DNA of 64,000 bases, from contig JACNKC010000057.1 of NCBI GenBank assembly GCA_014382245.1, positions 174 through 64,173 on the forward strand, read 5' to 3'. Below the pieces are notes generated by a model. The model saw only the letters and a list, made by a program, of their open reading frames with translations, ran no database searches and was not told the origin of the DNA. This stretch comes from Pseudomonadota bacterium. GTDB taxonomy: Bacteria; Desulfobacterota; Binatia; UBA1149. Every line of letters begins with the position of its first letter. Position 1 is the first letter of the stretch. Below are positions 60,866-64,000 of this stretch, one piece after another. The position numbers and the translations under genes are program-made.

Positions 60866-61837
60866 ATGAAAATCGGCAGGGGGTCGAGATGTCTGTGCCT
60901 GGTGGCAGCGTTTTTGTTTTCGCTGTTGGTACTGCTGCCTGCGCAGGCTGTTGCCGGTGAAACCGTTCCGCTCGACGCGGCCGAGCGCGAGCGCCTGGGC
61001 GGCAGCTTTCTTGAGCTGCCTGACGGCTGGGTGCACTACCAGGTCAGCGGAGAAGAGAACGCTGACACGGTAATCCTCGTGCACGGGTTTTCTGTACCGT
61101 CTTTCGTCTGGCGCGGCGTCCTGCCTTACCTGCTCGATGCCGGCCTCCGGGTGGTCGTCTATGACAACTACGGCCGAGGCTTTTCTGATCGCCCCGGGCC
61201 GCCGTATAACATTGAGCTTTTCGATCGGCAGCTCGATGGCGTCATCAATGGACTCACGGCCGAGAGTGCGCGCGTGGCCCTGGTGGGCTATTCGATGGGT
61301 GGCGCCATCGTCACCGAGTATGCCGCGCGCAGGCCCGAGCGCGTGGCGGCCCTGGCGCTTATCGCTCCGGCTGGCTACCCGGTGGGCTTGCCGCTGGCGG
61401 CCAGGTTGACGCGCCTGCCGCTGGTGGGGGAGTGGTTGTTTTCGGTTTTCGCTCCGAGGGTGCTCAGTTCAAGGGTAGAGCAGATGGCGGCCCTGCCGGG
61501 TGCGCCCCGCGATTTCGTAGAGCGTTACAACGAGCAGCTCCGCTACCCGGGATACGTTGAGGCGCTGGCTTCCACGCTGGTCGAGTACCCGTTGAGCGAC
61601 CTGCGCGACAGCTACCGAGCGCTGGGCGCGAGCGGGCTGCCGGTTATGGCGCTGTGGGGCGACTCCGACAAGGTGGTGCCCTATTCGAGCTCAAAACTCC
61701 TGGCCGAAGACCTGCCGGGTCTCGAACTCAACACCATCGAGGGTGGTGCCCACGCCATAACCTTTACCCGCCCGCACGTGGTCGGCCCCCACCTTGTCTC
61801 GTTCTTTCGCAAGGGCGAGTGGCCCCTTTTGCGTTAA
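60866..61837 (+). CDS. Secreted alpha/beta hydrolase
   Basis: Signal MKIGRGSRCLCLVAAFLFSLLVLLPAQAVA. VILVHGFSVPSFVW and GYSMGG (GxSxG). Confidence 0.85.
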   Translation: MKIGRGSRCLCLVAAFLFSLLVLLPAQAVAGETVPLDAAERERLGGSFLELPDGWVHYQVSGEENADTVILVHGFSVPSFVWRGVLPYLLDAGLRVVVYDNYGRGFSDRPGPPYNIELFDRQLDGVINGLTAESARVALVGYSMGGAIVTEYAARRPERVAALALIAPAGYPVGLPLAARLTRLPLVGEWLFSVFAPRVLSSRVEQMAALPGAPRDFVERYNEQLRYPGYVEALASTLVEYPLSDLRDSYRALGASGLPVMALWGDSDKVVPYSSSKLLAEDLPGLELNTIEGGAHAITFTRPHVVGPHLVSFFRKGEWPLLR

Positions 61838-61870
61838 AGGTAGCAGGGCTGCCTCTTGCTGCTTAGAGTA

Positions 61871-61917
61871 GGCAACAATGTTGCCTATTGACAACGATAT
61901 GGCTCATCGGCTATAAG
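61871..61917 (+). promoter_or_regulatory. Promoter with adjacent palindromic operator for the XRE-cupin regulator gene
   Basis: Perfect palindrome GGCAACA-A-TGTTGCC (61871-61885), 2 nt before a perfect TTGACA (61888-93). Then 18 nt and TATAAG (61912-17). ATG is at 61952. Confidence 0.5.
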
Positions 61918-61951
61918 CAACTCCGGTAGCCGGCGGGGTCGGGGGCGAGCG

Positions 61952-62566
61952 ATGGCCGTAGCAGAAAAGTCCAATGAAAAAACCGGTAGCGGGCACGAGA
62001 TTTCGGTGCGCCGGGCTGCCGACAAGTTCAGGCGCACCCGCGAGCAGGCGGGCCTGTCGGTGCGGCAACTGGCCGACAAGGCCGGCCTGTCACCGAGTAC
62101 GGTGCTCAAGCTGGAGCGCCACGAGCTCACCCCGTCCATAGCCGTGTGCATGCGCCTGGCCGGCGCTCTCAATCGTAAAATTTCGTACTTCGTAGAGGAC
62201 GAAGATCCCCGCGACGAAGTGCGTTATATCCCCGCCGGTTCGGGGCGTTGCAGCGGAGTGGGGATGCCGGTGGTCACCACGGTGCTGGCCGAGCCCCTGG
62301 TCAACCCGCGCATGGAATCGTTCCTGCTTGTCATAGAGGTGGGTGGCGATAGCGGGTCCGAGGGGCACATCACCTACCGTGGCGAAGAAATTGTCTACTG
62401 CTTGAAAGGGCGCGTGAGTTTCAGCATACGCGGTGAAGACTACGTGGTTGCCCCGGGCGACACGCTGCACTTCAAAGGCGACATACCTCACCGCTGGGCC
62501 AACGTGGGTCGTGGGCGCGCCGAGCTGCTGATGACCTGTGCCTTTGGCGACCAGGGCGGGGAGTAG
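61952..62566 (+). CDS. XRE-family HTH regulator with a C-terminal cupin domain
   Basis: HTH LSVRQLADKAGLSPSTVLKLERHE. Cupin motifs GEEIVYCLKG.. and GDTLHFKGDIPHRWAN. Confidence 0.88.
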   Translation: MAVAEKSNEKTGSGHEISVRRAADKFRRTREQAGLSVRQLADKAGLSPSTVLKLERHELTPSIAVCMRLAGALNRKISYFVEDEDPRDEVRYIPAGSGRCSGVGMPVVTTVLAEPLVNPRMESFLLVIEVGGDSGSEGHITYRGEEIVYCLKGRVSFSIRGEDYVVAPGDTLHFKGDIPHRWANVGRGRAELLMTCAFGDQGGE

Positions 62567-62577
62567 CGGGTAGGGTG

Positions 62578-64000
62578 ATGGTCGGAGATTCGAAAACAGA
62601 TTACCAGGCCGCGCTCGCCGCCACCGCGCGACCGGATCGCGATTGGCGCATGCTGCTTGGCGGGCAGCTGCGGGCAGCGTCCGGCGGTGCGACGATAGCC
62701 ACGATCAACCCTGCCACCGAGATGCAGCTGGCGGAGATACCCAGCGCCACTGCCGGCGACGTCGACGCGGCGGTCAAGGCGGCGCGCACCGCGTTCGACG
62801 AGACCGATTGGTCGTGCAATGCGGTGGCACGAAAGCTTGTCCTGCTCGAGCTGTCACGACTTGCCGGGCGTGACCGGGAGATTTTTGCTGCGCTCGACAC
62901 GCTCGACACCGGGCTCGCCACCCTGGTCTCGACTGGCGTGACATCCAAGGCCCTGCTGCGCAACCTCGAGTATTACTCGGGCTGGGCAGACAAGGTCTAC
63001 GGCGAGGTCGTTCCCGTGCCTTCGCAGCACACGCTGGACTACGCCCTGCGCGAACCGCTGGGAGTGGTGGCGGGTATCTACGCGTGGAACACGGCGTCGC
63101 TTTTTCTCGGCAGCAAGATCGGTCCGGCACTCGCGGCCGGCAACACGGTCGTGATCAAGCCGTCTGAGCTGGGCTCGCTGTCGGCCCTGCACCTGGCCAC
63201 CCTCTGCGAGGAGGCCGGCGTGCCACCCGGAGTGATCAATATCGTGAGCGGTGGCCCGGAGGCGGGGCGCGCGCTGGTGTCCCACCCCGGAGTGGACAAG
63301 ATCAGTTTTACCGGCGGCAGTGCCACCGGCGCCGCCGTGCAGGCCGCGGCCGCCGCCAACATAACCCCGTTGCATCTCGAGCTCGGTGGCAAGTCACCCC
63401 ACGTTGTTTTTGCAGACGCCGACCTCGGTCGTGCCATCGGTGGGCTGGTGAGCGGAGCGTTCATGCTTTCGGGGCAGGCCTGTGCGGCGGGCACACGCGT
63501 GCTGGCGGAGGCTTCGGTCTACGAGCAGGTGGTCGACGGCCTGGCGGCGGCGGTGGAAGGCATGCATACCGGTGACCCCGCCGACCCGGCTACCTTTCTC
63601 GGTCCGCTCATCAGTGCCGAACAGCGGCAGCGTGCCAATTCGTTTGTTGCCGACGCGGCCTCGCAGGGAGCGCGCCTGGTGGCCAGCGGTCACTCGGAAC
63701 ACGAACGCGGTTACTACGTGGCCCCCGTCGTGTTCGCCGACGTTGAGCCAGGTTCCAGCCTGTGGCGTGAAGAAGTGTTCGGGCCGGTGCTCGCGGTGAC
63801 CCGCTTTGAAGGCGAGCGCGAGGCGCTGTGCCTGGCCAACGACAGCGACTACGGCCTGGCCGCCGGCGCCTGGACGGCCGACCTTGGCCGCGCGCACCGC
63901 TTTGCCGCTGGCGTGAGAGCGGGCACGGTGTGGATCAACAGCTACGGCAGCATTCCGCACACCGCTCCCTTCGGCGGCCGGGGTCGTTCCGGTTACGGGC
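62578..64000 (+). CDS. NAD(P)-dependent aldehyde dehydrogenase (3' end beyond the window)
   Basis: Translated by hand from ATG 62578. ..INPATE.., ELGGKSP (63379-), catalytic Cys in GQACAAGTR, and EEVFGPV. The frame is open to nt 64000, so it is absent from the ORF track. Confidence 0.9.
   Translation, partial: MVGDSKTDYQAALAATARPDRDWRMLLGGQLRAASGGATIATINPATEMQLAEIPSATAGDVDAAVKAARTAFDETDWSCNAVARKLVLLELSRLAGRDREIFAALDTLDTGLATLVSTGVTSKALLRNLEYYSGWADKVYGEVVPVPSQHTLDYALREPLGVVAGIYAWNTASLFLGSKIGPALAAGNTVVIKPSELGSLSALHLATLCEEAGVPPGVINIVSGGPEAGRALVSHPGVDKISFTGGSATGAAVQAAAAANITPLHLELGGKSPHVVFADADLGRAIGGLVSGAFMLSGQACAAGTRVLAEASVYEQVVDGLAAAVEGMHTGDPADPATFLGPLISAEQRQRANSFVADAASQGARLVASGHSEHERGYYVAPVVFADVEPGSSLWREEVFGPVLAVTRFEGEREALCLANDSDYGLAAGAWTADLGRAHRFAAGVRAGTVWINSYGSIPHTAPFGGRGRSGYG

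Noticed and set aside
61952-62566. The XRE-family gene as the antitoxin of a toxin-antitoxin or defence module
   Set aside because: It carries a C-terminal cupin sensor domain and is followed by an aldehyde dehydrogenase. No small toxin-like ORF is adjacent.
1-64000. Mobile elements, prophage, CRISPR arrays, tRNA/rRNA genes, defence systems (restriction-modification, abortive infection, CBASS-type) and biosynthetic megasynthases
   Set aside because: By eye I found no transposase, integrase, recombinase, nuclease-ATPase pairs, direct-repeat/spacer arrays, cloverleaf-compatible gaps, or PKS/NRPS domains. The intergenic space is too small except at 43734-44252. Covariance-model and HMM scans would still be needed to be certain.

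Overview
GC-rich bacterial chromosomal window that is almost fully coding. I call 56 protein-coding genes (the last is cut by the window edge) plus one doubtful 21-codon ORF. By eye I found no rRNA, tRNA, CRISPR array, transposase, integrase or phage gene. The high GC content creates many long antisense shadow ORFs in the six-frame track. I ignored these wherever a recognisable protein lies on the opposite strand, and I trimmed several 5' extensions to starts supported by SD sequences or by gene junctions. The content is accessory and catabolic: amidohydrolases, alpha/beta hydrolases, a penicillin-acylase-like Ntn hydrolase, CoA-dependent beta-oxidation-type enzymes, oxygenases (a P450, two Fe/2OG-type dioxygenases, two luciferase-like oxidoreductases, a diiron protein), SDRs, three TetR regulators, a CsoR and an XRE-cupin regulator. 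The most unusual items are: (1) nt 15-7479, a tightly coupled four-gene operon: Tat-signal NarG/EbdA-like molybdoenzyme, unassigned glycyl-radical enzyme (GRE), its activase, and a PNPOx-like flavoprotein. I regard this as the best candidate for an undescribed system. (2) nt 48096-50150, a coupled trio of R2/ferritin-like diiron protein, SCP2-like protein and 2x[4Fe-4S] ferredoxin. It is followed by a DUF3604 lipoprotein gene and sits opposite a TetR gene with a clean palindromic operator. (3) nt 27826-39992, a TetR-centred divergon of 13 CoA-pathway genes, including a DUF35/SCPx-thiolase pair and a citrate-synthase-like protein. (4) A 1212-aa FG-GAP/Cys-rich secreted protein with 237-bp tandem repeats, next to a 519-bp hairpin-rich intergenic region. 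(5) Several regulatory sites readable directly from the sequence, including a leaderless csoR promoter overlapped by a perfect 10-1-10 operator. All family assignments rest on motif and sequence recognition by eye. No database search, HMM, covariance model or alignment was run.
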